Below, in pieces: positions 9,068 through 22,204 of a stretch of 64,000 bases of DNA. How positions within the stretch are numbered: the stretch's first letter is position 1; each line of letters starts with the position of its first letter. The stretch is from Bacilli bacterium. Lineage in GTDB: Bacteria > Bacillota_I > Bacilli_A > RFN20 > CAG-826. A program made the position numbers and the translations under genes. A model generated the notes under the pieces. The model had not been told where the DNA came from and did no database searches. It saw only the letters and a program-made list of their open reading frames with translations. The DNA is taken from contig JAKSUY010000001.1 in NCBI GenBank assembly GCA_024408495.1, positions 3,040 through 67,039 on the forward strand, read 5' to 3'.

Positions 9068-10745
9068 CTTTTTTCCCCATGAGTTTATAATCAACAGGCT
9101 CACGATTAGTAATGTTATTAAAATTAGTAATAGAGGCAATTGTCATCGCAAAGCTACTAGTGGCGTTTTTAAATAAATGACCGGTGCCTAGGAGAATGAT
9201 TTTAGTGTATCTAAAGATTTCGTGGTCGCGGAGTAATAATAATATCAAGTAATAAATGCCCGCCCCCGAAGGAATTAAAATTACAAGGTTAAGAATGTTA
9301 CTGCTCATATTATCTTTTAAAATAAAATAATACAGCGGACAAGCCAATCCACACATTAACGCACCTGCTACAATATATTTCCAAACATTGAGAAAAATAA
9401 TACGTAAAGAAAAGTCCTTTGCAACAAACATATATTGAACAAAAGTAATCACAAATTCAGAAATTAGAGTGCCGATGATTGCACCACTTGCACCCATAGT
9501 CGGAATAAGTAATGCATTGAATCCTACATTAAATACGAAACCTACAATAACAGATATTGAATATTCTTTGTCGTGTTTTGTAGGAAGCAAATATTGTGAA
9601 CCTAGTACATTACTACAACCAGAAAAAAGAATTACTGGAGTATATAGCATTAATAGGTGCGCGACCCCATCAATTGGATATTGCGGGTACATTGAATAAT
9701 TACGACCAAAATATAAGATTGAAAATGCTTCAGCAACCACAACCGTTCCGAGCATCATCGGAACTCCTAACGCAAAAACAAAACGGAACGAACGATAGAC
9801 ATTGGTTTTAATCGCACCCATATGTTTATTCTTAAATTCTATTGCGTTTCGAGTAGTCATAACCGTTCCAACCGCTAAAAGAATAGAAAGTAAAGCTTTA
9901 ACAATTTTTTCAGCCTGAAAATAGTAACCATTTTCAACTTGTGCTATAGGAACTAAAATCGTAATGTTTCCTTGTGGATAATATTGTTGCCCAGGGATTA
10001 ATATACCGATAAAGGTTTTATCTAATAATGCGTAAATAGAAACCGCGGCAACTGGTAAAAAAAGCAATAAAGAAGACAAGAAATGTTTTTTAAAATTTAA
10101 GCCATGTAACTTAACTTTTTTAAGTGTGACAGGAAGTAATGCCCACATAGATAAATAACCGCCAATCACCATTAATGAATATAAAAGCGCATACAAATTT
10201 AAATCACTTGGTGAACGAATAAACATAAAGATACAGAATAAATAAATAAGGCGAATAAATAGATTAATAATCATCACAACGAAGAAATTTTCGCGACCAT
10301 GGAAATAGAAATTAATATCAAATGCAGTTGCGGCAATAAGTAACGAAAACGTTAAAATTAATGAAGAGTATTCACCAAAAACATTAAGTGCATAGAGAAT
10401 AAATAAAATGCCTAGTGAAGCAATGACCATAAATAACCGAATAATGACTATTTGCCAAAAGCGACGGCTTTGTTCTTCTTTGTCGTCTTGAACTTCAGCA
10501 ATCGCTCGTTGTGCGTAATTTTGAAAACCAAGATAAGCAAAAATCACAAAATAACAAACGAGTGTGTAAGCAAAAGAGAATTCTCCGATATTATTAGCGC
10601 CGAGCACACGTGCGATATAAGGGGCGGTGATAAGAGGAGTTAAAACCACCAATACTTGGTAAATAACATTGAAAACAAAATTGCGGCGAAGATTAGGCGC
10701 TTTTTTGTCAGTTTGATTATCATCTATCTTCTTCGCCCTTTTCAT
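9057..10745 (-). CDS. Wzx/MOP-family oligosaccharide or polysaccharide flippase
   Basis: 562 aa with about 14 TM helices. The N-terminal motif is NVIYQVLVVLTPLITAPYIARVLGANNIGEFSFA. Confidence 0.7.
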   Translation of the reverse strand: MKRAKKIDDNQTDKKAPNLRRNFVFNVIYQVLVVLTPLITAPYIARVLGANNIGEFSFAYTLVCYFVIFAYLGFQNYAQRAIAEVQDDKEEQSRRFWQIVIIRLFMVIASLGILFILYALNVFGEYSSLILTFSLLIAATAFDINFYFHGRENFFVVMIINLFIRLIYLFCIFMFIRSPSDLNLYALLYSLMVIGGYLSMWALLPVTLKKVKLHGLNFKKHFLSSLLLFLPVAAVSIYALLDKTFIGILIPGQQYYPQGNITILVPIAQVENGYYFQAEKIVKALLSILLAVGTVMTTRNAIEFKNKHMGAIKTNVYRSFRFVFALGVPMMLGTVVVAEAFSILYFGRNYSMYPQYPIDGVAHLLMLYTPVILFSGCSNVLGSQYLLPTKHDKEYSISVIVGFVFNVGFNALLIPTMGASGAIIGTLISEFVITFVQYMFVAKDFSLRIIFLNVWKYIVAGALMCGLACPLYYFILKDNMSSNILNLVILIPSGAGIYYLILLLLRDHEIFRYTKIILLGTGHLFKNATSSFAMTIASITNFNNITNREPVDYKLMGKKDDK

Positions 10746-10762
10746 ATAACCTCTTTGAAAGA

Positions 10763-11779
10763 TTACTTTTTATAGCCTTGCGGATTTTGTTTTTGCCAGA
10801 GATATGCATCTCGACACATATCAACAATATTGTGAGTCGCCTTCCAATTTAATTCATTAAGAGCTTTGTCTGCATTAGCATAATTTACAACTACATCACC
10901 TGCTCGACGCGCACCATATTGATATTTAATATTTAGATTATTCGCTTGATTAAACGCATTTACTAATTCAAGAACGCTTGTGCCTTTACCAGTTCCAAGA
11001 TTGTAAATCTTTAAGCCCCAATTTTCTTTAATTGCTTTTAATGCAGCTAGATGCCCAAGGGCTAAATCTACAACGTGAATATAGTCGCGAATGCAAGTAC
11101 CATCTTTGGTCGGATAGTCGTTACCAAAAATAGTTAATTGTTCTAAACGACCAACTGCTACTTGAGTAATATAAGGCATTAAGTTATTTGGAATATCATT
11201 GGGATCTTCGCCAATTAGGCCACTTTCATGTGCTCCAACCGGATTAAAGTAACGAAGTAAAACAATATTCATTTTTTCATCTTGTTTAGCTTCATTAATT
11301 AAAATCTTTTCAATTTCAATTTTAGTTTGTCCGTATGGATTGGCGGCTTGACCAACAGGATCGGTTTCTACTAACGGAACATGTTTAGGAACACCATACA
11401 CAGTTGCGCTACTTGAGAAGATTATATTTTTAACATTATATTTCTTCATTACTTTAAGTAATGTTTTACTAGATCCGATGTTGTTATCAAAATATAAATC
11501 TGGCTTTTTAACTGATTCGCCCACCGATTTTAAACCGGCAAAATGAATCACTGCATCAAATCCTTCTTGTTTAAAACAATCATCGAGTTTTTCTTCATCA
11601 CGAACATCGATTTGATAAAACTTAGGCTTCACATTAGTAATCTTTTGAATTCGATTTAACACTTCGGGATTAGAATTAACAAGATTATCAACAATAATCG
11701 GTTCGTGACCCTCCTTAATTAATTCAATTACTGTATGAGAACCAATGTATCCCATACCACCTGTTACACAAATTTTCAT
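10763..11779 (-). CDS. galE: UDP-glucose 4-epimerase
   Basis: GGMGYIGSH Rossmann motif, a YGQTK catalytic motif, 338 aa. Confidence 0.9.
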   Translation of the reverse strand: MKICVTGGMGYIGSHTVIELIKEGHEPIIVDNLVNSNPEVLNRIQKITNVKPKFYQIDVRDEEKLDDCFKQEGFDAVIHFAGLKSVGESVKKPDLYFDNNIGSSKTLLKVMKKYNVKNIIFSSSATVYGVPKHVPLVETDPVGQAANPYGQTKIEIEKILINEAKQDEKMNIVLLRYFNPVGAHESGLIGEDPNDIPNNLMPYITQVAVGRLEQLTIFGNDYPTKDGTCIRDYIHVVDLALGHLAALKAIKENWGLKIYNLGTGKGTSVLELVNAFNQANNLNIKYQYGARRAGDVVVNYANADKALNELNWKATHNIVDMCRDAYLWQKQNPQGYKK

Positions 11780-11780
11780 A

Positions 11781-13214
11781 TTATTTTCTCCTATTTAATT
11801 CTTCAATCATAATTTTACTAGTTAATGCAGGATTAACCTTGCCACCACTCTTTCTCATTACTTGACCAATTAAGAATCCTAGCGCTCTATCTTTCCCGGC
11901 GTGATAATCGGTAATTGACTGAGCGTTATTATCTAACACTTCAATCACTAATGCACGAATTACTTTATCATCTGATTGCTGGTTGGTGATGTTTAATTTT
12001 TCCTTTGCGGTTTTTATATCTACGTGATTAGCAATCATATAATTAAAGATTTCTCGACCAATTTTATTAGAAATCTTACCCGATTCAATTTCATCAATTA
12101 AATTCACTAATGTTTGTGGTTTAATTTCAAACCGATCAATGGTTAAAGCGTTCTTATTTAAAATCGCAAGAATATCACTAATAATCCAGTTAGCAACGCT
12201 TTTATAATGCTTAGATGATTTTGCACATTCATCAAAATAATTAGCTATTTTAATATTACTTAAAAGGATATTTGTATCGTAGTCATTAAGTTTGAAATCT
12301 TTTTGATAACGACTGCGTTTAGCACTAGCGAGTTCCTTACTGCTTTTAATCGCATTATCGACAAATTCATTACTTAATTTAATAATCGGAATATTCGCAT
12401 CCGGGAAATATTTATAATCAACTGCATCGGTTTTTAGACGCATAGATTGAGTAGCTTTATGCTCTTCATCGTACCGCCTAGTTTCTTGAATAATCTTTTC
12501 GCCTTTTGTGAGTAATTCTTTTTGACGATTGATTTCGTATTCAAGTGCAATCTTAATATAGTTAAAGGAGTTAATATTCTTAACTTCTACCTTAGTGCCA
12601 TATTGTTTGTCACCGACTTTTCTAAGTGAAATATTAACATCGCAACGTAATTGTCCTTCTTCCATTTTGCCATCGCTTACACCTAAGAAAGAAACGATTT
12701 CGCGAATTGTTTCAACGTATTTAGCAGCGACATCACTACTATGAATACATGGTCGCGTGACGATTTCAATTAAAGGAATACCTGCACGATTATAATCAAT
12801 TAATGTATAGTTCGGAAAATGCAGTTGTTTAGCAGTGTCTTCTTCTAGATGTAGTCTTTCTATTTCAACTCGATTAATTTTTCCGTTTACATCGATATCA
12901 AGATAACCATCCGAACCGATTGGCCGTCTATTTTGGGTAATTTGGTAGCCTTTTGGTAAATCGCTATAAAAATAATTTTTACGATCAAAATGTAATTCAT
13001 GATCAATCTTCATATGAAGAGCATGCGACACTTGAATTGCGTTAATAACCGCTTGTTTATTTGGTAGTGGTAAAGTACCAGGGAATGCTAAATCGTATGG
13101 TGAAGTTAAAGTATTAGGTTCAGCGCCAAAAGCAACTGGAGTAGCTGAAAACATTTTAGTTTTTGTTTTCATCTCCACGTGTATTTCTAAGCCAATTGTT
13201 ACTTCAAAGTCCAT
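11781..13214 (-). CDS. gatB: Asp/Glu-tRNA amidotransferase subunit B
   Basis: N-terminus FEVTIGLEIHVEMKTKTKMF, 477 aa, in gatCAB order. Confidence 0.95.
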   Translation of the reverse strand: MDFEVTIGLEIHVEMKTKTKMFSATPVAFGAEPNTLTSPYDLAFPGTLPLPNKQAVINAIQVSHALHMKIDHELHFDRKNYFYSDLPKGYQITQNRRPIGSDGYLDIDVNGKINRVEIERLHLEEDTAKQLHFPNYTLIDYNRAGIPLIEIVTRPCIHSSDVAAKYVETIREIVSFLGVSDGKMEEGQLRCDVNISLRKVGDKQYGTKVEVKNINSFNYIKIALEYEINRQKELLTKGEKIIQETRRYDEEHKATQSMRLKTDAVDYKYFPDANIPIIKLSNEFVDNAIKSSKELASAKRSRYQKDFKLNDYDTNILLSNIKIANYFDECAKSSKHYKSVANWIISDILAILNKNALTIDRFEIKPQTLVNLIDEIESGKISNKIGREIFNYMIANHVDIKTAKEKLNITNQQSDDKVIRALVIEVLDNNAQSITDYHAGKDRALGFLIGQVMRKSGGKVNPALTSKIMIEELNRRK

Positions 13215-13215
13215 A

Positions 13216-14667
13216 TTATTTCTTTGTCCTCACGCTTAGATTATAGAAGCCTAATTTATCTTCTAGTGCTTTTGCGATATTAAATAATTTCTTTTCTTTA
13301 AATGCACCAGCGGTTAAATTAAATCCAAATGGTAGACCTTCAGTAAAACCAACTGGAAGCGTCAAAGATGGTAAACCAGCAAAATTTGCAATCACCATGT
13401 AATTATCTGCGATTAAATATTCATCTTCGAGTTGATCAACTTTATTATCGAATTTAGGTGCAACCGTCGGAGATGCCGGTAAGAAAATCACATCATTATC
13501 TTTTAAAATCTTATTAATTTCATCGACAATTTTGTGCCTATTTCTCGTGGCTCTTAAATATAGTTCGTTTTGATTTTCTGCCATTAATGAATAAGAACCA
13601 ATTACAAAGCGACGCTTAATTCTTTCGGAAAAACCTTTACTTCTAGTTTTAATTAACGAGTCATTAAAAGTATCACCTTCAATGTTTAAACCAAACTTTA
13701 CGCCATCAAGATTCGCGTTGTTACTAGTAGCTTCCGCGCATGAAATAATGTAGTAAGTAGGGAACAATGTTTTTAGTAAATGACGGTCCATACTTACATA
13801 GTTAATGGATGCGCCTAGTTCCTCGTATATTTTTAAAGTTTCTTGGAATTTATTTTGAATGTTAACATCGCTAATACTATCAAGGATTTCTTTAATCACC
13901 GCGATTTTCGTTCCTTTAATTGGTTTATCTAAATCGGTGGTATAATCATCGACTGGATTTTTACTTGAGGTAAAATCGTGTATATCGTAACCCGCAACTA
14001 CATTTAAAATAACTGCTGCATCATAAACGCTTCGAGTAAAGAAACCTAAAGAATCTAGACTTGGTGTAAACGGAAATAAACCATAACGAGAGATTCTGCC
14101 CCAAGTTGGTTTAAGTCCAACTAATCCGGCATAACTTGCGGGCTTACGAATCGAATCGCCGGTATCACTTCCTAACGCAAAAGGAACAACTGCATTAGCT
14201 ACTACAGCAGCCGACCCGCATGAAGACCCGCCAACCATCCTTTCGTGATTATAAGGATTAGTGGTTTTTCCTAAATGTCCAGTCGCACCAGTTCCACCCA
14301 TTGCAAGTTCATCAAGTGTGACTTTCGCAAACGGAATAGCCTTCTTGGCAATTAGTTTATCAATAATGGTGGCGTTATAAATTGGAACGTAACCCTTAAG
14401 AATATCGCTTGATGCACAAGTAGGTATATCTTTAGTGGAGATATTATCTTTAATTGCAAACGGAATGCCCCAAAGTAAATTATCTTTTTCTGGTTCAGTT
14501 AAGGTTTTAGCCATTGCCAAAGCTTCTTTTTCCATAATGTACTCATATGCATTACATTTATTTTCTTTAGCGCGCTTAAGAGCTTCGCTTACTAATTCTA
14601 GCGGCGTTACTTTCTTATTCACTAAAGCTTCGTGAATCTCTTTGATAGTCAAATCTAAATAATTCAT
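13216..14667 (-). CDS. gatA: Asp/Glu-tRNA amidotransferase subunit A
   Basis: Amidase signature GGSSCGSAAVVA, 483 aa. Confidence 0.95.
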   Translation of the reverse strand: MNYLDLTIKEIHEALVNKKVTPLELVSEALKRAKENKCNAYEYIMEKEALAMAKTLTEPEKDNLLWGIPFAIKDNISTKDIPTCASSDILKGYVPIYNATIIDKLIAKKAIPFAKVTLDELAMGGTGATGHLGKTTNPYNHERMVGGSSCGSAAVVANAVVPFALGSDTGDSIRKPASYAGLVGLKPTWGRISRYGLFPFTPSLDSLGFFTRSVYDAAVILNVVAGYDIHDFTSSKNPVDDYTTDLDKPIKGTKIAVIKEILDSISDVNIQNKFQETLKIYEELGASINYVSMDRHLLKTLFPTYYIISCAEATSNNANLDGVKFGLNIEGDTFNDSLIKTRSKGFSERIKRRFVIGSYSLMAENQNELYLRATRNRHKIVDEINKILKDNDVIFLPASPTVAPKFDNKVDQLEDEYLIADNYMVIANFAGLPSLTLPVGFTEGLPFGFNLTAGAFKEKKLFNIAKALEDKLGFYNLSVRTKK

Positions 14668-14960
14668 CCGTTCACCTTCTTCACTTTAATCTGACCTGCT
14701 AGTTTATTATTAGCGTTCTTCAATATTTCATCACGACTGGATGGTCTAATTGGTTCATCTTCTCGTAAAGCATTAACTTCACAAGGAAAGGGATATATCA
14801 TTGGTTCATATCGATCAATCGTTTTATCTTCCGCAATTAATTCCATCTGCCTTACTACAGTTTTGAATTCGTTTAAAAGCGTTTGATACTCTTCATCTGA
14901 CATATCAAAACAAAGACGGTTAGCCGCAATTTGGAGTTTTTTTAAATCAACGGTTTTCAT
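14664..14960 (-). CDS. gatC: Asp/Glu-tRNA amidotransferase subunit C
   Basis: 98 aa, 4-nt overlap with gatA, in the gatC position. Confidence 0.85.
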   Translation of the reverse strand: MKTVDLKKLQIAANRLCFDMSDEEYQTLLNEFKTVVRQMELIAEDKTIDRYEPMIYPFPCEVNALREDEPIRPSSRDEILKNANNKLAGQIKVKKVNG

Positions 14961-15014
14961 AGCTCAATTAAATATTATAACTAAATATTTAATAATTTCT
15001 AAAATTTTCAGTAA

Positions 15015-19240
<4,226 letters not shown>

Positions 19241-19272
19241 TAAGTACTATTATAGCATAATAGATACTTAAT

Positions 19273-19710
19273 TTATGCGATACTACGGATAAAATTAAGC
19301 GTTGCACTTTTTCCTGGACAATGCTCTTTTACTAAGTGATTATTAACCTTAATAATTGATGGGAACCCTTTAATACGAAATTGGTTAATATCACCTTGCC
19401 CAATTGTGCTTTTTACATCTAAATAACGATCAGTTTCAATTGCATTATCATTGCAAAAATAAACCGGCATTTGATGTGTTAGACTAATCTCAATTATTTC
19501 ATCACGAATCGAATCACAATATTGGCAAGTTCTGGAGAAGAAATATACACAATAATTTTCTCCTTTAGTAAATGTATCTAGCCAATTAATCGTCTTCTCG
19601 CTAATTTCTTCATAGCTATGATGAGGGATGGTTGGGTCCTTTTCCTGTTCTTTATTAGTAGAACAAGAGAAAAGCAATGGGATAACCAATAGTAGAATTT
19701 TTCCTTTCAT
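19273..19710 (-). CDS. thioredoxin-fold lipoprotein (CxxC)
   Basis: Lipobox LLFSC, a CQYC redox motif, and a GFPS(I) segment typical of the thioredoxin fold. An AGGAGG SD is present. Confidence 0.6.
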   Translation of the reverse strand: MKGKILLLVIPLLFSCSTNKEQEKDPTIPHHSYEEISEKTINWLDTFTKGENYCVYFFSRTCQYCDSIRDEIIEISLTHQMPVYFCNDNAIETDRYLDVKSTIGQGDINQFRIKGFPSIIKVNNHLVKEHCPGKSATLNFIRSIA

Positions 19711-19724
19711 AATTTACCTCCTAA

Positions 19725-19985
19725 TTTAACCCCGGACCTTGCGGCCCGGGTCGGCACTCGCCCCTTTACAAAACTCCTACGAGGTGCTATCATTGTTTCG
19801 ATTGGTTTGGGGACGGTATGACCGTCCTTTTTCATTACCTTCGCGAGATTAACTCAATCAGTAATGCCATAACTACCAACAGCAAAATAGTTTCTAGCGT
19901 AGCTTTACTCCTTTGTTGCAGCACCAAGGAGATAAAGGGTAGGCGCCTAAGGTGAATAAATGCATAAAGCAAGTATCCCCCTTAT
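19725..19985 (-). ncRNA. unclassified G+C-rich structured RNA or 5' leader candidate (orientation uncertain)
   Basis: No ORF is present. By hand count 19731-19830 is 57% G+C, against about 19% for 20031-20100. It contains several clean hairpins, including an 8-bp GC stem with a GCAA loop. See the findings. Confidence 0.4.
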
Positions 19986-20169
19986 ATATGTACTTAGCGA
20001 AAAAGGAGTGAAATTCTCACTTATTTTTTTATATTTATATAGTTATATAAATATATATTTTTGCTCGATTTTATTTTTAGGGCTTTTTGCGTTTTTAAAG
20101 CACGAGATAATTATTTCGTTTGCACTATAATATAGAATTTATAAATTCATAAAACTATAATAAATATAG

Positions 20170-21057
20170 ATGTTTAAAGAAAAAGAAACATTATTACAAA
20201 ATATGGCCTTCATGGGTATCATGGCGGCACTTAATGTTTTGCTATCTGCTTTAGGTGCTTATGTTCCAATCGTTGGTATTTTTGTGGTGATTTTTCTTCC
20301 GTTCTTTAGTGCAATTACCGCGATGATATGTAAATGGAAATATTATCCGATTTACGCCATTGCTACAATTATAGTTTCTTTATGCGCAACATTTTGGCAT
20401 ACCGAATTCACAGTCTTTTATTTAATTCCTAGTGTGATTACTGGATTTTTATTCGGCTTATGTTTTAAATTAAAGCTTAATGCAACTTATTCATTGCTTT
20501 TTACTTCACTAACGCAACTAGGATTAACTTATCTAGCAATTCCGATTATTGAAGCAATTTATGGCACAAATTTAATTGATACATTTTTAACATTACTTCA
20601 ACTTAAGGATAATCCACACGCTCTAATTATTGTGCCTTCATTTATTTATCTACTATCTCTTGCGCAGATGCTACTTTCTTATATCGTACTTCATAATGAG
20701 ATTAAAAAATTCTCTAACGAAGAAATGAATAAAAATGGTTTAATCATTAAACTAACTGGTTTAGGTTTATCGATTTTAGTAATCCCACTTGCCTTTAGTT
20801 TTATAAATATGAGCTACCTATTTATGTTTGTGTCTTTATTTTTAACTGTTAGCGTGTTTATTGATCTTATTTTTACTAAAAATAAATTAATTATTGTTAT
20901 ATCTTCAATTCTATTTTCTTTAGGCTTTATCTTTGTCTTCGCTTTCTATAGTCTTATTCAAATGCCCTATACTTTTTTACTAATAAATACGAGTAATATT
21001 TTATTGCTTACTTTTTCCTTATTATATAATTTAAAGAGAGAGAAGAAAGTATGTTAG
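20170..21057 (+). CDS. polytopic membrane protein, unknown function
   Basis: 295 aa with about 8 TM helices. It is the first gene of three with overlapping stop/start codons. Confidence 0.6.
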   Translation: MFKEKETLLQNMAFMGIMAALNVLLSALGAYVPIVGIFVVIFLPFFSAITAMICKWKYYPIYAIATIIVSLCATFWHTEFTVFYLIPSVITGFLFGLCFKLKLNATYSLLFTSLTQLGLTYLAIPIIEAIYGTNLIDTFLTLLQLKDNPHALIIVPSFIYLLSLAQMLLSYIVLHNEIKKFSNEEMNKNGLIIKLTGLGLSILVIPLAFSFINMSYLFMFVSLFLTVSVFIDLIFTKNKLIIVISSILFSLGFIFVFAFYSLIQMPYTFLLINTSNILLLTFSLLYNLKREKKVC

Positions 21058-21356
21058 ACTTCTTAAAACGGTTTGGTTTAGGTATCCTATATGTCCTCAT
21101 TTCTCCTTTTGTTATAGCCTTTTTGCTTCTCTGGGCAATATTTAATTTAGGCATCTTTTTTGCGCAAATTATCAAAGGTTTTGTGTCTTTCTTTAAAGGC
21201 AAAAAATTCTTTCCTGATTTTCAAGAAGATTTAGAAGCAAAAAGAATCCTCAGTCTAGAGCCATATGCAAATGGTGAAAACGAACCTCAAGCACAAATAT
21301 CAACTCCTCCTGTAGACAATAATCAAAATAATAATGGAGGTAATCCTTCATTATGA
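21051..21356 (+). CDS. small membrane protein with an Asn-rich tail
   Basis: 101 aa with 2 TM helices and the tail NNQNNNGGNPSL. It overlaps the upstream gene by 7 nt and the downstream gene by ATGA. Confidence 0.55.
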   Translation: MLDFLKRFGLGILYVLISPFVIAFLLLWAIFNLGIFFAQIIKGFVSFFKGKKFFPDFQEDLEAKRILSLEPYANGENEPQAQISTPPVDNNQNNNGGNPSL

Positions 21357-22051
21357 ATTTCTTAATTCAATTAAGCGAAAATGATAAAAGAATATTAATT
21401 GCCATAGGTATTTTATTAATTCTTCTTTTTGTAATTGTTGGTTATATCGGATTACTTGTAGAAAGAATTATGAAACACCAAGCTAAAAGAGCGGGAACAA
21501 TGATGCACGATGTAGTCGCCGCTAAAGTTATTACCAACGAAAAAGACTTTAAAAAATTTGGCAAGAAGAAGAACAACCGTTTATTTGTAAAACAATCTCT
21601 AATCCCAATGTGCATTCTTTCTGTTGCGCTTTTAATTTATATTATCTACGGGGCAATTACCCACAACTGGCTATTACAAATATTTGATTATAAGACTGAA
21701 GGATTCGGTACCTTATTCTTCGTATGGGATTTTAATGATCCTTCTATTTATATTGAATTCTTTGGCATGAGAATCATTGGCAAGTGGCCGCCTTTAATCA
21801 GCACTCCGCATTGGATGGCAGAAGCCTGGGCAAGCTATATTATTGTTCCTTGTTTATTCGTTGGTGGTATTTGGTATTTAGTCGATGTTCAAGCTCATAT
21901 TGCTAGAGCCTTTAGATTAAGAAAATTAGCGAAAACGGTGTTTAATCCAACCTTAGATGATGTTGGACCTATGTCACCATTAAATAACAATAATCAAAAC
22001 AATAACGGAAATAATATGAATAATCCTAACCCACCTAATTTAAATGGGTAA
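21353..22051 (+). CDS. membrane protein with an Asn-rich tail
   Basis: 232 aa with about 4 TM helices and the tail NNNNQNNNGNNMNNPNPPNLNG. Confidence 0.6.
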   Translation: MNFLIQLSENDKRILIAIGILLILLFVIVGYIGLLVERIMKHQAKRAGTMMHDVVAAKVITNEKDFKKFGKKKNNRLFVKQSLIPMCILSVALLIYIIYGAITHNWLLQIFDYKTEGFGTLFFVWDFNDPSIYIEFFGMRIIGKWPPLISTPHWMAEAWASYIIVPCLFVGGIWYLVDVQAHIARAFRLRKLAKTVFNPTLDDVGPMSPLNNNNQNNNGNNMNNPNPPNLNG

Positions 22052-22115
22052 ATAACATAATTAACGAATAAACGATATAAGCCATTAAACCAATATCAAT
22101 AAAAAAGAAAATAGT

Positions 22116-22146
22116 AAAAAGGCGCCTACGGGAGCGCTTTTTTATT
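22116..22146. terminator. bidirectional terminator between convergent genes
   Basis: AAAAAGGCGCC-TACGG-GAGCGCTTTTTT is an imperfect GC stem flanked by an A-run and a T-run. Confidence 0.5.
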
Positions 22147-22204
22147 AGCGCTTGTTGGTCTTCAGGGGATAAGTTAAGTAGTTCGTCGTCTTGTTTCTTC
22201 ATAA

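Noticed and set aside
9068-9139. The ORF track gives smpB an N-terminal 24-aa hydrophobic extension.
   Set aside because: The extension overlaps the 3' end of the flippase gene and is not part of SmpB proteins. An ATG at 9067 with a GGGGA SD gives a normal-length SmpB.
19725-19985. I tested whether the G+C-rich element is tmRNA, RNase P RNA, SRP RNA or 6S RNA.
   Set aside because: The minus-strand 5' end begins GGGGGAUAC, but there is no GGAUUCGAC-type tRNA-like 5' arm, no T-arm/CCACCA 3' end and no tag ORF ending in a stop, so tmRNA does not fit. There is no GAGGAAAGUCC P4 element (RNase P). There is no GGUCCGGAAGGAAGCAGC domain IV (SRP). There is no long closing stem pairing the two ends (6S). 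It is therefore left as unclassified.
19960-20130. A 56-aa hydrophobic ORF (MHKASIPLIYVLSEKG...) with an AAGGTG SD-like sequence lies inside the intergenic region.
   Set aside because: It runs through the AT-rich promoter region of the 20170 gene. Its composition (F/I/L/Y) is what AT-rich non-coding DNA yields. It starts inside the structured element. There is no independent support.
22029-22202. A 57-aa minus-strand ORF (MKKQDDELLNLSPEDQQALIKKRSRRRLF...) lies directly after asnS.
   Set aside because: It reads straight through the bidirectional terminator hairpin (22116-22146) and overlaps the end of the convergent gene. It is more likely a chance ORF.
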